Notes: generated by a model not told the origin, from the letters alone. DNA of 64,000 nt from Lobosporangium transversale (GCF_002105155.1 NW_019028979.1:372001-436000); one strand, 5' to 3'. Shown: positions 11,148-24,741, numbered from the stretch's first letter. Translations and numbers: made by a program.

Positions 11148-14100
11148 CATCAGTCTGTGCGATGATCTCTTTCAGGAGAAATAGGGTGATGTCATCAAGC
11201 AATCCAAAATAGATGAACAATCACAATCAGAATCACCATTACAATTTCTTTTTGATGAGGATGAGGATGAAGTGTGTAAGGGAAGTGGTCGTGACAGAAA
11301 ATGATAGGAATAACAACAATAATAGTAATAAAAAGTAAAAAATAAAAATAAAAAGTAAAAGTAAAAAAAAAAAAAAAGAGGAACGAAGAGAAAGAGAAAA
11401 AAGATCCAAATCATTCAGACACCTTTTTTCTTCCTCGTCAAAGATGGTGTTTCCATCTCCCCCAATCCGATTCTTTCTTTCTTTCTTTTCTTCCTTTCTT
11501 TCTTCGGTATTATTCTTCTATTGAATTGATATCGTACTCAAATTAAGGTCATTGTGCTCTGCTCTTGCTCTTGCTCTTTCTTTTTTAAAACTCTGCTCTT
11601 TTTTCTTTTCTTTTCCTCCTCTGTAATCAATCAATTCGTTTAATCTGGGATGTCTAGGACATGGGAATTACTGGGATGGAGGGGTATGAGGCTTTGGGCT
11701 ATGTGGACATCTGCTGGATCGGACTGTTATCCTGCCACATACTTCATCTTTCCCTTGATGTCCTCTCATTTCCTTCATCAAAACGAACTGGAGAAAAGAA
11801 TAAATATTATAAAATAAAAAATAAAAAATAAAAATAAAAAAAAAGAGTGCCTGGACTTTGACGGACATTATCGCTGCTTTGTTGATATTTGTTGTTGTCG
11901 TCCATCCTCATTGAACGTTCTTTATCTTCTTCCCTTCAATCTTTGTGTAATAAATTGATCCACGATTTCTATATGACCTTGCTCAAGAAAGAACTCCCAA
12001 ACGCTGTTCAATGGAGGAAAAAAGAATATAAAGAGCAACTCGATCTGATTCTGATAACTTACATTGACTCTTTTTCGTTCTTTGTAACGCCTTTTTATTT
12101 TTCCTTTCCTTTCCTTTCCTTTCCTTTCCTTTGAGATGAAGACTGAGATGGTGCCTGTACCAAATGAAACAATGAATTCCTTTCCGTGTGTTTTTCTATA
12201 GGGATATGTTGTTTGTATAAATGCGTTGATAAATCAGGTCCCTCAGCTAGTAATGTCTCTCTTTGTTCTTGAAGTCGTGGTAAATTAAAAGTGATCGGAG
12301 TGAGTAAAAGAGAGGATTACAATGTTATGAAAGGGTATGGATGTAGTTTAATGAAACGAAAGAAAAGAAAATAAGAAGAAGAAGAAGAAGAAAAAAAGAA
12401 AAAAAAAAAAAAAAAAAAAAAGAGCTTTCATTCAACCTTCACCGCTAAAAATAATGTTGTCATGCCCATCGATCTCTTCTTTTTTTTCTAGCCCTTTTCA
12501 AATCCTGTACAGATCATAGTAGATCGGAGGAAAAAAATAAAACAAACAAAGTATTATAAATCTGCATTGAATAATTATTCAAATAGAAGGGACTAGCCCA
12601 GAGGAAACACACGTTGGTGCTTTAAGCGAGAAAACAATGGCAAAAAACCATAAGATAGAGAAAATGACGGAAAGCTCAGTAACACGACTCGAGTTCATTG
12701 GCACTGACATTTCGCATTAACAAACAGGAACTTTATCTTTGTGTCTTGGAATTATAAAAACGTTTAGTTGTGCACCCGTCCATTGTTGCACCTTAGTGAT
12801 GTGATGATGATTCAGATAAAAAATAAAAATAAAAACTCCTTCTAGGATTATTCAATCCGTGTTATTATCTCCCAGCAAGGTCTTTTTTTTTTTTTTTTTT
12901 TTTTTTTTTTATTGCTTCTATTATTCTCAATGAATCTTCCTTTGATTCGCCGCACTTCACTTCTTTCAGTGACATCGTTTTTTATGGTTACATATTGCAT
13001 CATTGCCCTGCAGCACCACACAAGGGGGAATTGACCAGCTTTTTTTGCAACGTTAATGTTGCGGAGCCATGACATGATTCGCGATCTCCCCTATCTGGTC
13101 TGGCCTGGAAGGGTCTGAATGTTTATGATATAAATATATAACACATAGTCTGTTCTGCTGAACATGCATCTTAACAACTCAATCAGCCAGGCCAGCATTG
13201 TCATCTTTTTTCATTCAAATCACATCATTCTTTCCCTTGTTGTTGAGCTTATCCTCACAAAGAATTACGCATGTTAAACATAAAATATCTTTTTACATAT
13301 GAATGCAAAGGCCATGTCTAACAATGTCAATGCCAGGAACAACGGAACCCTGACAGGATGCTTGAATGATTGAATAATAAAATTTATGAGTTAAGCCTAA
13401 ACTCATCAAATGCCACTAATGGAAAACAGGGCCAGACTAAAAAAGTTTTATGGCAGACTGTAATACTATGTACTAGTGAAAAAAAAAAAAAAAAAAAAAA
13501 AAAGCCTCTCCTTTTCTCTGTTCTTGAGAATTGCTCCTTTCTACACATTCATTCATAATCCATTATCATTATATACCAAGCGAATAGATCGTCTTGGTCG
13601 TTACATCTCATTTTTTGCTCAAAGTGTGACAAAGTTGATCATTTTGCAGCAGATCGCTCAACAGCATCAGAGCAATAAAGACCTTTCATATAATCTTTAA
13701 ATTTTTTTTTTTTTTTTTTTTCAAACGCCTCATGCTTGAAAAAAAAAAAAAAAAAAAAAAAAAAAAGAAGCTTGATGCTTTCTATCAAGAAACCTTGCTC
13801 TCTTTCTTTCTCAATAATTAAATCATTATATAAACATCAAAACTACCTCCAACATTTATATACTGCAGAGGGCTCCTTCTTGTTCTTCTATTTCACACAT
13901 CTTTCGGCTCAGTTTGACAGCCTTTTTTTTTTTTTTTTTTTTTTTTATGAGTGTACAGTCGACTGTAGATCCACGTTAGACAAATTAATCAACACTAGCA
14001 CAATCAACAAAACAGGACAGGATGGGAAATGTGTTTTAAACCATGGATCCAGTTGGACAATTGAATGTTGTACAACACAGCGGCTGTGACGAAAAGGATT

Positions 14101-14352
14101 GCATGGATATATTGATAATAATGTAATTGTAAAGATATATAAATGTAAATACATATTCAATTTATTGATTAATTACAGTGAATATCAGTACAGATAAAAA
14201 GAAGATATTCTACTATCTAATATTATTATGTATAATATTATATGTATATTAAATACACCATCAAGTTGAACAATCAAATGAAACCCTTCTCCTGTCCTGG
14301 GTACCTCTGATAAAGAAATGTCCTGAATACAGTCTAGTCTCGTGTGAAACGA

Positions 14353-14387
<35 letters not shown>

Positions 14388-14419
14388 CTTGTGTCGAACT
14401 AAACATGTTTTTGCAATTG

Positions 14420-14460
<41 letters not shown>

Positions 14461-15344
14461 TTCAAAGATTGATCCGGTTGATTGGATCAGACTCCTAAAC
14501 TCCAACAATTTGGGACCGTTACAAAAAAAAAAAAAAAAAAAAATGCAGAAATGCCAAAAATGCAAAAATGCAAAAAAAAATCTATTTTTAGAGATAACCG
14601 TTGCGTGGCTGAGATAAGTTTGTTTTTTTGGTGGCGATCGATTAAACTTGTTTCAGAGTTTTTAAACATTGTCACGAGGCCATCGATATTAAAAAGCAGT
14701 AATTTGGAGATCCTTGTCCTTGGTATGGGGTGGGCTTTAGTCCTTTTAGTCTTGGCAATCATTAACCCCAAGTGCTTGAACATTGTAGCACCTTTTATAA
14801 ATAAGTATATTTAAATGTTTTTATTTTCATGCACCTAATGCGTTTTTTTATAAAAGGTCGGCCTAGAATGCTATTGTGAAAGTGAAAGGAAGCATCCATT
14901 TTTATTTGCATTTGGCCCCATGGCTAAACCATGCATCATGAAAAAAAAAAAAAAATAAAAAAGATAAAAAGGGGTTTGTGCATGCAAGTTAATTGAACAT
15001 GTGGCACGGATAATTCTTCACAGGTCAATGCATCGACTCTTTTTACTGACTCACTCTTTTCAAAGTTTTTTTTTTTTTTTTTTTTTTCTTTCTTTTTAAC
15101 CTTTTTGTCCTCTTCTCTTCTCTTCTCTTCTCTTCTTTCCTCTTCTTTCCTCTTCTTTCCTCTCTTTTCTCTTCTCTTATTTTCTTCTTGTCCAACCCCA
15201 CATTCTCCTGAAATAAAATTTTCTCTCCCAATCCCTATTAACTGATCCGCAGTCAGTCACTCAAGCCATTCAAGCAGTCAGTCAAGCAAGTCTCCCCCCA
15301 GCACCCGAGTATATCCCATAATCCGTCCTCTTTCAATCCCAGAG

Positions 15345-15850
15345 ATGCAGCACCAACATTCACCATATAACCATCATCAACATCAACATCAACATCATCA
15401 ACATCATCAACATCATTATCAGTCGCCTACACAACACTCGCAATCTTCACAATCTTCACAATCGCAATACGGATATCAACAGACACCTCGTCAACATTAT
15501 AATCATCAAGATCTCTATAAACAGGGCTCTACCCGTGAGCAACAATATCAGCAACAACAATATCAACAATACCAACATGCAGTACAACAACAGCAACATC
15601 CTCCTCAAAACCCTGCAGTAATCCAGAGTTCATTAAAGGCTTGGTTTGATGCGGTTGATACGGATCGTTCTGGAAATCTGTCATGTGAAGAGTTGCAACG
15701 TGCGCTTATGAATGGTAAAAAAAAAAAAAACATTCTTCCGCTTCCCCAAAAAAAGAAAAAAAAACTTTTTTTTTTTTTTTTTTTTTTTAATTCCTTCGTT
15801 TGTTATGCTTACTCACAGCTAAACCTTTTCTTTTTTTTTTTTTTTTTCTG

Positions 15851-15886
<36 letters not shown>

Positions 15887-15970
15887 GGTGACTGGACACC
15901 CTTCAATGGTAATGACAAATGATGATGATGATAATGGGAATAACTGTTGTTCAACATGGCAAAGACATGT

Positions 15971-16003
<33 letters not shown>

Positions 16004-16233
16004 GGAGAACAGGGAGGCGTAGTCGAAAATTTGTGTCGTACAAGTCGACAATCGAACCATCATGATGTGCTCATGAGTACAAAGACACAGAAAAAACTTT
16101 TTGCGCGCAGATATTTGTGCTTATATTTGATTACAAGGACATGGTTGTGACAAGAGAAGAAAAAAAAAAAAAAAAAAAATAGGAAGAAAGAGAGAAAAAG
16201 AAAGAGAAACCCATTGTGCTTACTAATATCATC

Positions 16234-16264
<31 letters not shown>

Positions 16265-16830
16265 CGTTCTTGTTTTTTATTTTTTTATTTTTTATTTTTA
16301 ATTTTTTATTAATAGTGGAGACTGTGCGTTTGATGATGAACATGTTTGACAGGGATAACGACGGCACAATCTCATTTAATGAATTCATCGGATTATGGAA
16401 CTACATTGAGAAATGGAAGGCTTGTTTCCAGACCTATGATCTTGATGGATCCGGGACCATCGACACACATGAACTCCACAAGGCCCTCCGTGGCTTTGGT
16501 TACAACCTCAGCGAAGCTATCGTCCAGTTGATCGTCACCAAATACGATGTCCGGGGCCAAGGTGATATCAGCTTTGATAACTTTGTCCAATCTTGTGTCA
16601 CCGTCCAGACCTTGACCGATGCCTTCAGGAGGATCGATGTCGCAGGCACAGGCGTCGTCACCATGACTTATGAACAGGTAATTAACTATTAGCATGCTTG
16701 TATATATATAATATATATACAATGTCTCTTTCTTTTACTAGTTTGAAGAATTTGAAGCTAATTTTTTCACATCTATTCTTTTTTTCACTCGTTATTAAAG
16801 TTCCTGGGCTTAGTCATTAACAACCGCTAA
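15345..16830 (+). CDS. PEF1: Penta-EF-hand Ca2+-binding protein (Pef1/peflin/ALG-2 family) with Q/H-rich N-terminus
   Basis: Exons 15345-15714, 15888-15908 (21-nt micro-exon, GDWTPFN), 16316-16677 and 16801-16830. EF loops: DTDRSGNLS, DRDNDGTIS, DLDGSGTID; also ISFDNFVQSCV. Confidence 0.93.
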
Positions 16831-16944
16831 GAATACCCCCCCATTTCCTCTATAAATCATATTTTTATATTGATTTAATTATTTTAATTAAATGTATATT
16901 TTGACTTTTTTTCTCAAATGGTCGCCAATAACGATAGCATAGCG

Positions 16945-17557
16945 TTAAAGCCTTGCAATCTCATATTGCTGCTTCTGAAGAACCTCTTCTTGTTCTGCCT
17001 TTTCAATGGCTTTAATAAGATCATAAGCTGTGCCCCAACTTGATTGGAATCCTACAAGCAAACAAACAAACAAACAAAAAAAAAGCAATCAGATTAGAAA
17101 ATCATTTAAACAATGCTTGAAGGAATAATAAAAAAAAAAAAAAAAAAAAAGAAACCTACCAGCACCTCCATGGCCATAGTTGTGGCCGATCAGTACATAT
17201 TGGCCAGCTCCTGTGCCTAAAATTATAATAAAAACAAAAATAAAACGGCTTAGCTAATGCTTCGCCATAACTACGCCACTTTTCTGTAAAAAAAAAAAAA
17301 TATATACTTACGACTGTGTTCAACCTCGACGCGAACACCACCTGTCCTTGATGGTCGGAAGCCAACTGCCTGATCCACAATGTCAAATTTGGTAAGAATA
17401 TCAGGGCTGGCTGCATAAGCTTCGGAGGTTCCGGGCATTAGAATCTTGGGATACCGACGGATAATTGTTTTGAGAATATGTGTTGTCTTTGTCGGACTCA
17501 CTGCCTCATTGCTTTGTTCAAATATATGCATAAACAATAATAATAAAGTCAGATCAG

Positions 17558-17593
<36 letters not shown>

Positions 17594-18941
17594 AAGAAAG
17601 AAAGAAAGAAAGAAAGAAAAAAGTACTGTTTCTTTCTTATAATCTCTTTTGGTCATACTTTTGATGCGCCTCGCGAGAGCCTCCCAAGACAACTTCGCCA
17701 TTCGATCGAGGAATGACATACATAATCTCTCCAGTTTTAGCTATCCGATAATAATAATAATAATAATAATAAAGTCAACAAGTAAATAAATGATCCACAT
17801 AATTTGCTATAGGAAAAAAAAAAAAAAAAAAAAAAAAAAAACTTACAGATCCAAGTGACGGTTTCATGAATCCAAGATGCTCTCACTACTGCCGTCTGTC
17901 CTCTTGTTTGGAAACATTGTAGATCCTGTGCTCCTCCCAAGTATCTAGCCCTGACTCCCGTACAATTGATAATGATCTTGACGGGCTTAGCTTTCGTTCC
18001 TACCCAATGTGCTGCCTCCATCATATGTGAAAGTGTCCGTTGCTGGACATGTCCGCCCGCTTTCTTGAACTGTTGCAATAAAAAGTGTAAATAGATCGAA
18101 GGCGTGATCACTGCTGTCTTGTATGTATAAGCGATAGGGAAATCTGGATTCGTGGACGGGATTTGTTTGAACTAGAGGAGAGGAGGAAAAAAAAAAAAAA
18201 AAAAAAAAAAAGAAATAAAGTCAATAGCAATTACACATACATACAAAAGGGGAAATAAGTGTGGTCTATTCAATCCTTTCAATAACATGTGCGGGTAATG
18301 TATAGATCTACTCACTCCGTCAACCACCCTGGACCACCATGGGTATTGTCTTCCGTGCCCTGACGGATTAAAATCATAATAATCGATCGCATCCTGCATT
18401 TTAATGCCCGAGTCTGAATACTTGGCTAATTCCTTAAATGCCTTGTATGAAATAGTATCATGTTCTACCCAGAGAAAAAAAAAAAAAAAAAAAAAAAAAG
18501 GTCATTTCAGATCAAGTCCTATTAATGTCTAACTACTACTTATTCGTAAAAAAAAAAAAAAAAAAAAAAAAGTGAGCTGTTACCTTGGGCTCGTGCATCA
18601 TCCTCATCACATACAGGTCGCCAATGTGCTCCAGCTTTCGCTGATGAATAGTCGGGATGCGCTTTCCCTCTCTTGGGGAATTCGGACGCAATGATTGTTA
18701 CATCTAAAGCAATATCACAACACCATAAGATAGATCAATGGTTCCACAATGCGTTTTTTATTATTATTTGTCAGAAGGATTTTCGATTCACTCGATACAA
18801 AAAGTGAAATAGCAAAAAAAAAAAAAAAAAAAAAAAGTTACCATAATGGTTGCATTGCAATAATAATGCGGTTGTCAATCCAACAACACCAGCACCAATG
18901 ACGGCGACTAATGGTCTTTGTTTCTTATTATGTGCAGGCAT
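16945..18941 (-). CDS. DAO1: D-amino-acid oxidase (DAO/DDO family), peroxisomal
   Basis: ATG at 18941, about 8 exons. Motifs: VAVIGAGVVGLTTA, YSSAKAGAHW, IINCTG, TRGQ, YVIPR..GEVVLGG, VGFRPSR.GGVRVE, HNYGHGGAGFQSSWG. The C-terminus ARL* fits a PTS1 signal. Confidence 0.93.
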
Positions 18942-19034
18942 CGATCGTGTTTTGAATCAAGTAAGGGTAATTCAGGAATGAAGCGAACCGAAAGAAGGCA
19001 AAGAAGTGTTTTGTGTCTTCAAGACCATCTTTCA

Positions 19035-20006
19035 TCACGGTGCATGCTGCGTGGGCGTATCCGCTGTGGCACGTGCTTCTTTCATGAGTATGCCGTTCGA
19101 TCCATCTCTTCTTATTACAGTTATTTGTATTGTGTTCTCAGGTTGGGCTATAGAGACGTCCTGAGCATTCAAGCTCGGATCTCCCGGGTCTGAATCCATG
19201 TCCATATCCATATCGTCACTTCCATCATCGTCTTCATCCACCTCCTCTTCTTTACTTCTACATGGCCCGTTACTTCTCTTTTCTCTCGACTTATCCCTAT
19301 CCAGGCTCTCTTCTTCACCATCCAGTGGAGGCAAGTTAATCTTTTGAGCTGATTTTCCTAGCAATGCTAGGACAGCCGGTTTTCAGAGTCCACTAGGTGT
19401 CCTCTTTAATCCACTTCCATGGCTTGGCCCTGCTTGTTTCAGTCCTCTCGAGCTATTAGGGGCTTGTCTCAAACCAACCCTATCCAGTAGATTGTCTGTA
19501 GATTCATTGGTGTTCAGTGACCTCGTGATGATTCTAGTACAATGAGGACCCTAATTACGCCATAGGAACAGACATTGGTCATAGTCGGACGCGCTTACCT
19601 TGCTGAATTAATGGGTTAATAGAAAGAGGCAGCATCCTCACCCTGTAAAACAAGAAGTGATTAAAAAGCATTGATAAAAGTGTATCCAAATAAACAAGCA
19701 ATAGGTCGTCAAAAGTAGCGAGGCTTACGGTGGCACACACTCTCTTTATCTTGCTACTGTTGACTGTTGTTGTACTTCTGTTAATGTCGCCCGATGGGGA
19801 CGCTGTCAGTTGATGACGAGTAACACTCAGTGAGGGGAACACCTGGTCGAGGCTATAGGTGAGGACTTTGCGTCTCGTGGCTATCCGCCAGATCGTGTGA
19901 ACATTCTCGTACATCAAGATGTCTCTGTCTCTAGTAATAGGTAGGGCTACTGGTGAGTCGTAGCCTTTTTTTCTTCATCTTACTCCGAGGAGTTAGCGCT
20001 CCCCAT
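19035..20006 (-). pseudogene. Apparently disrupted spliced gene of unknown family (MGSANSSE...)
   Basis: ATG at 20006 with plausible GT-AG introns. There is an in-frame TAA in the third exon, a phase mismatch at the next junction, and an in-frame TGA at ~19383-19385 that splits an otherwise open ~170-codon stretch. Confidence 0.4.
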
Positions 20007-20162
20007 TATCGGAAAGCTTTTTGTCAGTACTGTAAGAGGTAGTAGTTGGTATACGGAAGTAGATCGAGGAATGACGAGCAATAGTATCAGATGGTGGATG
20101 GGAGCAGTGAGAACAAGATGTGGGTCCACACATCTACACCCAGATGTATTAAACCGGTTTTT

Positions 20163-20267
20163 TGTATTGATGAACATAGAACATTTATTGGTGAACATAA
20201 CTCTTATATCAATCAATATAACTCTTGTATTGATCAACATAAATCTTGTATTGATGAACAAACATCT
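20163..20267. repeat. Degenerate 21-bp minisatellite, 5 copies
   Basis: Units: tgtattgatgaacatagaaca / tttattggtgaacataactct / tatatcaatcaatataactct / tgtattgatcaacataaatct / tgtattgatgaacaaacatct. Confidence 0.9.
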
Positions 20268-20336
20268 TCTAGAAAAAATCAAATATATATATGTATCCTT
20301 ACTATGCAAGATTGGGTGTTCAAGCGCCTCTTTGTT

Positions 20337-23300
20337 TTAGACCAAAAAATTACTGTCTATCCTCGTGGTACCTGACGTCTCATTTCTGTTCCTGACACCT
20401 AGTATACCGTCAAACGCGTCACGGGAAAAGTAGTACGAATACCAGCTAGGCTCGTGTTTACTTTTTGCTGACGATAACTGAAGGTTATACACTTTAAATT
20501 GCCGCAATGTCTTTCCAATCTCATCTGTTTGATCCAGCTGGCGATATGCCCGGACCTGGAAGTAGAGAACCTGCACAACTTCCTTGAGCGACTCAATCTT
20601 TTGGAAATCTACATAATATAATGAGAAAAGGTCCTTTTAGCATCAAGGAACTTGCCTCTTCCGAATACGAAGCTCTCAAGACTTGGCTAAGAACCACGGA
20701 GGCTTCTCATCGTGACAAACCTCGTAATGCATGGTTCAAGTAATTTATAGTGCTTTCTAGCTCCCGCTGACGTGTTTTCTTCGAGGCCTTCGATGGCTGA
20801 ATTTTGTTGGCAGCTGCAAGAAGACATTTTGCTTTTTGAAAGTATGCCATCGCCTGAACAAACAGGTCACCTTGGCTCAATGCCTAAAATTAGTAAATAA
20901 AGATAGAGTCAAAAAGAAAGATACTTTAGCAACATGTATATCATTGGTGCACTAATAGTATATATGCCAGCGAATACACTGAAGGCATGTGCCTTGGATT
21001 TGATTACCATGCTCATAAGACCGTCTATCAGGTCGCTAGCCTGCTGTACAGACTCTAGGTAAAGCAATGCTTCGGATAGGCGGAGCTTAACTAACAATAG
21101 TAGTGGCCGCTCCAGACAACGTTCACTCAAGGTCATGGCTGTCAATAAAAGAGGCATTGCAGACATTGTGCTGTCTGATTCCTATAAAAGATGTGTTTGG
21201 TAAAGTTTTCAGTAAAACGCATGCACAAAAACACCATAAGATCATGCTAGTAAAAGATAGAGGCCCGAACATACCATGTAGATCTCTGCAAGCGCCAATA
21301 GATACATAACAGTAAACTTGCGTGTCCCTGGCCATTGATTCTGTTGTATAATGGCCAATCCTTCTGATAGTTGCAGCACTCCTGAAAGGCGCTGTCCTGC
21401 AAGCACACTCAGCAGTGCCTTCTGTAATAAGATCTCAAGCTGAATTTCTCGACTGGTATCATCAAGCTGATTTTCACGAGAAGATGCCCCGCTCCTCCCA
21501 CTACCGCCTTCACCTTTTGAATTATTGACATCCAACGAAGACGTTAGTGTTGATGCGCTGACAAGAGTAGTCCCCAATTGCTGTGTCAATAACTCTGCAT
21601 CTCGTAGCCGATTAGCCGACATGGCGCGTCTGTGAAGTATTTGCACAAGCGTCTGTACCCAAGGTGTGGCCTTCAAAGTCGAGATAGGAAACTTGTCCTT
21701 CGCGTGCTCTATTACGCAAAGAGCTTCCTTAAATTGGCCATTAAGTGCAAGCTGATATGAGAGGTATAGAGGCCCATTAGCTTTCAAAAAATCAGGTATT
21801 AATCATCATGACAAACATCTTTCTGCATTAAGAGTATTTACATCGCTCGCTGTCTTTGAGTATCCTGCTGCCGCATCACTCATGTCAACTTCCGAAGGGT
21901 GGTACCGTAATTGAAGCTGGGAATACAAGGAAGACAAGGCCGGATACCCTAAGAATTTACGAATGATTTATCAGTCGGCACCTGCTACAGAGGCACAGAG
22001 CATTTCCTCAACCACTTTATAGGTTACTTAGTACCATAGGCGCCCCACATCCTAGATTGAAACAGTTGAATAGCGCCGATAATGCCTTCCAGTGAGTGTC
22101 GCAAACTGATAGATGATGTTTTCGTTAATGCCTCGAGCGACTCGACGATAGATTCGCCTTGCTGAAACCATCCAGGAATCGGTAATCAGAACTTAGCAAC
22201 GATGAACTACTATGCATCATTATTATAAAAAAAAATATGCTTTGTGTAGAAGCACTTACCATCTGTTTAGCAATTGTCAATTCATTCAGAGCATGCAAGT
22301 AGTGGAGTGCGCGTCCATCTGTTGGTTCGTCAAGGTTAACTAAGAGTTGCGCCTCACTCGATTCCAGACTACTGCCAGGCATTATCCTTGTAAGTCGATA
22401 CAACCAGCTACCAACAGATAAAAGCAATAAATAGGTGAATGGGATATGCTGGTGATTCCATTGTCCTTTCTTTGATCCATGGGCAGTTTTTTTTTTTTTT
22501 TTTTTTTTTTTACTTTAGTGCATAGCTCAAGCATTCTTGGTCCATGTGGTCGCGGGCAACCTCTATAGTCTCTCGGAGTGCCTACAGTAGAAACCAGTTC
22601 AAAAACATTTGTAAATATCTGAAAAAATTTCTTGGCAAATAACATAAACTGATATTAAAATGTCAAAAGAGTGTCATATGTGTACCACTAGGGCTTGCTC
22701 GTAATGCGAGAAGCGGACATGAAGCATAGCAAGGTTCAAAAGAGCATACTGATAGAGCACACGATCTTCTGTTGCCATGCAGTAGTCAAAGAACCGATGC
22801 AAACTCTGAATTGCCACTTCAAAATCGCCAGTTTGCTGTGCATGTAGACAACTATAGACATTAACCAGAGGGCGTTTTTTTTTTTTGTCCGCATCGAGAA
22901 TCTCATTAGTAAAATGCCAAAATGTTCACTCTTATAAAATTTTTAGCTTCAAATTCAGTGCTTGAAACCATACGTAAGATAGTGTGTCTTTGCTAATGTT
23001 GGCATCCGTGATTGAATACAGTGAACATGAGTAAGCAAGTCCGCGGGTATATCACTTTGACCCATATCTAAATATATAAATGAATGTGTAATGTAATAAG
23101 TTTAAAGAATCCGCTTATCCATGTGAACAGCATCGACCCTGTGAATCGCTTTCATAGGAAGCATACCTGATAGCTGTTGGATGTGAAAGTCCAGGTATTT
23201 CTCCATGTCAAATGCTGATAAGACAGTGGAATCTTCAGACCCAGCTAAAGACTGGGGCCTCGACTGAGAGCTCTTGTCGTCCAGGTTAAGGATTGAAATA

Positions 23301-24363
23301 TAATTCTCAAATGCACAGTAAAGTTTACCCGTACTCTCAAATGACAACTTCCTGAACTCGACTCGTGCCTTTCTAACATAAAGACCCAATATACTCTCGG
23401 GATCCTATGGTGTATATACATATATAAGACTTGGTACATCAGCCTTCAGCTTTTCAGGTGACTGTCCTTCAAGTCGCTTGATGCTTTCTCCATTTTTGGC
23501 TGCAACTTACCAACCCAATCATAACATTGTCATCCTAAACAGACATATTTCCAAGCTCGATTAGTCTGCATACTTCTGCATGGGTTCGCCATGATGCCCC
23601 TCTTCTTTTGGCCTACAACAAAAGAATGTTACCATGATATCTCCACGCTGTATAATTAAATCCTGAAGTCCAATTTTGCGTAGTGTAGTATGATTGGGAT
23701 CCATAGAATCTGGCTCCAATTTCGACATGAAAAAATCATGTAGGTGACTTGGGCTTTTAATTCTTTTAAGCTAACATAAATAAAGCATGAAAGGATGTGA
23801 TGATTTAGGAAGAGTCTAGGTATGTATGCTATACAAAAAAAGATGTCCATGTAAAAGGGATCTGTGGCTTACTGTAACACGTAGATGGTACCATATATCA
23901 GGGCTAGTTTCTGATGCCAATTGGGCCCCAAACTTGTTAATGTCGCTGTGTAGGTACTCGGAAGAATCCTTAAAAAACGGAAAGGAAACGTTAGGCAAAG
24001 TAAGTTTTGGATATTAACGAAGACAAGTCGAATGAAAAAACAAATGAATAGTAATAAAAAAAACTCCACCGTACACACCTGGATACACTTTAGGAGAAAC
24101 AGTAATAATTCCTGTACGGATGCTAGGGAGCACTTTTGACAGTAGTACTCAATAAGAATGAGGATCGATACTTTGTGTGGTGTCAGATACGGAACTACAT
24201 GCACAGGTCCCAAAAATGCACGACCTTCTGTTATTTCTTTGCCACTTAGAGCTTCATCCTCAAGACTAGGGGTGGCCTGTTCTGAAAGCCCAACTCCTTG
24301 TGTCCGTGGAGGTCGCAAGGATATGTCAGTGGCCGTTCGGGCGAATGGACGTCGGTTATTCAT
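20337..24363 (-). CDS. APC5: Anaphase-promoting complex subunit 5
   Basis: Multi-exon. Motifs: YLTPHKVSILILI, GLYVRKARVEFRKLSFE, A..SLHRFFDY...YQYALLNLA.LH, ALRETIEVARDHMDQECLSYALNWL, followed by TPR-like helices. Confidence 0.88.
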
Positions 24364-24741
24364 GTTGAGTCATGGAACATGAAAGAGGAATTGTCGCAAG
24401 ATGCTGAAACAAACAAAGAGCAGTAATTTCGCGTGACTTTGAATACAGATTGGTTGCATTAAAAGAGACATTTCATATGAAGTGCTGATAGAGAACAGCT
24501 AGATTAAATGATCTTTTTTTTCCCCCCTTAATCTTGCAAACAAATACAACGGGCATCCCTCTCGGAACCAAATGATCGCTAAGACCCATTGGTATCCAAG
24601 TTGTGCTTGAAACCTCTGCAGTGGACACCACACTGCCGTTGGAATGCGGTTATGTGGCTTGAAATTCGAGGCGAAGCATTTGTTTGATGTAAACTGATCA
24701 TTGTTATTATTCTTTTCATTGACATTCCTCCCAGATCAGAC

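Noticed and set aside
19383..19385. In-frame TGA as selenocysteine or readthrough
   Set aside because: There is no redox-motif context and no recognisable SECIS, and other lesions in the same gene point to decay.
20163..20267. CRISPR-like array
   Set aside because: The units are contiguous and degenerate with no unique spacers, and the context is eukaryotic.
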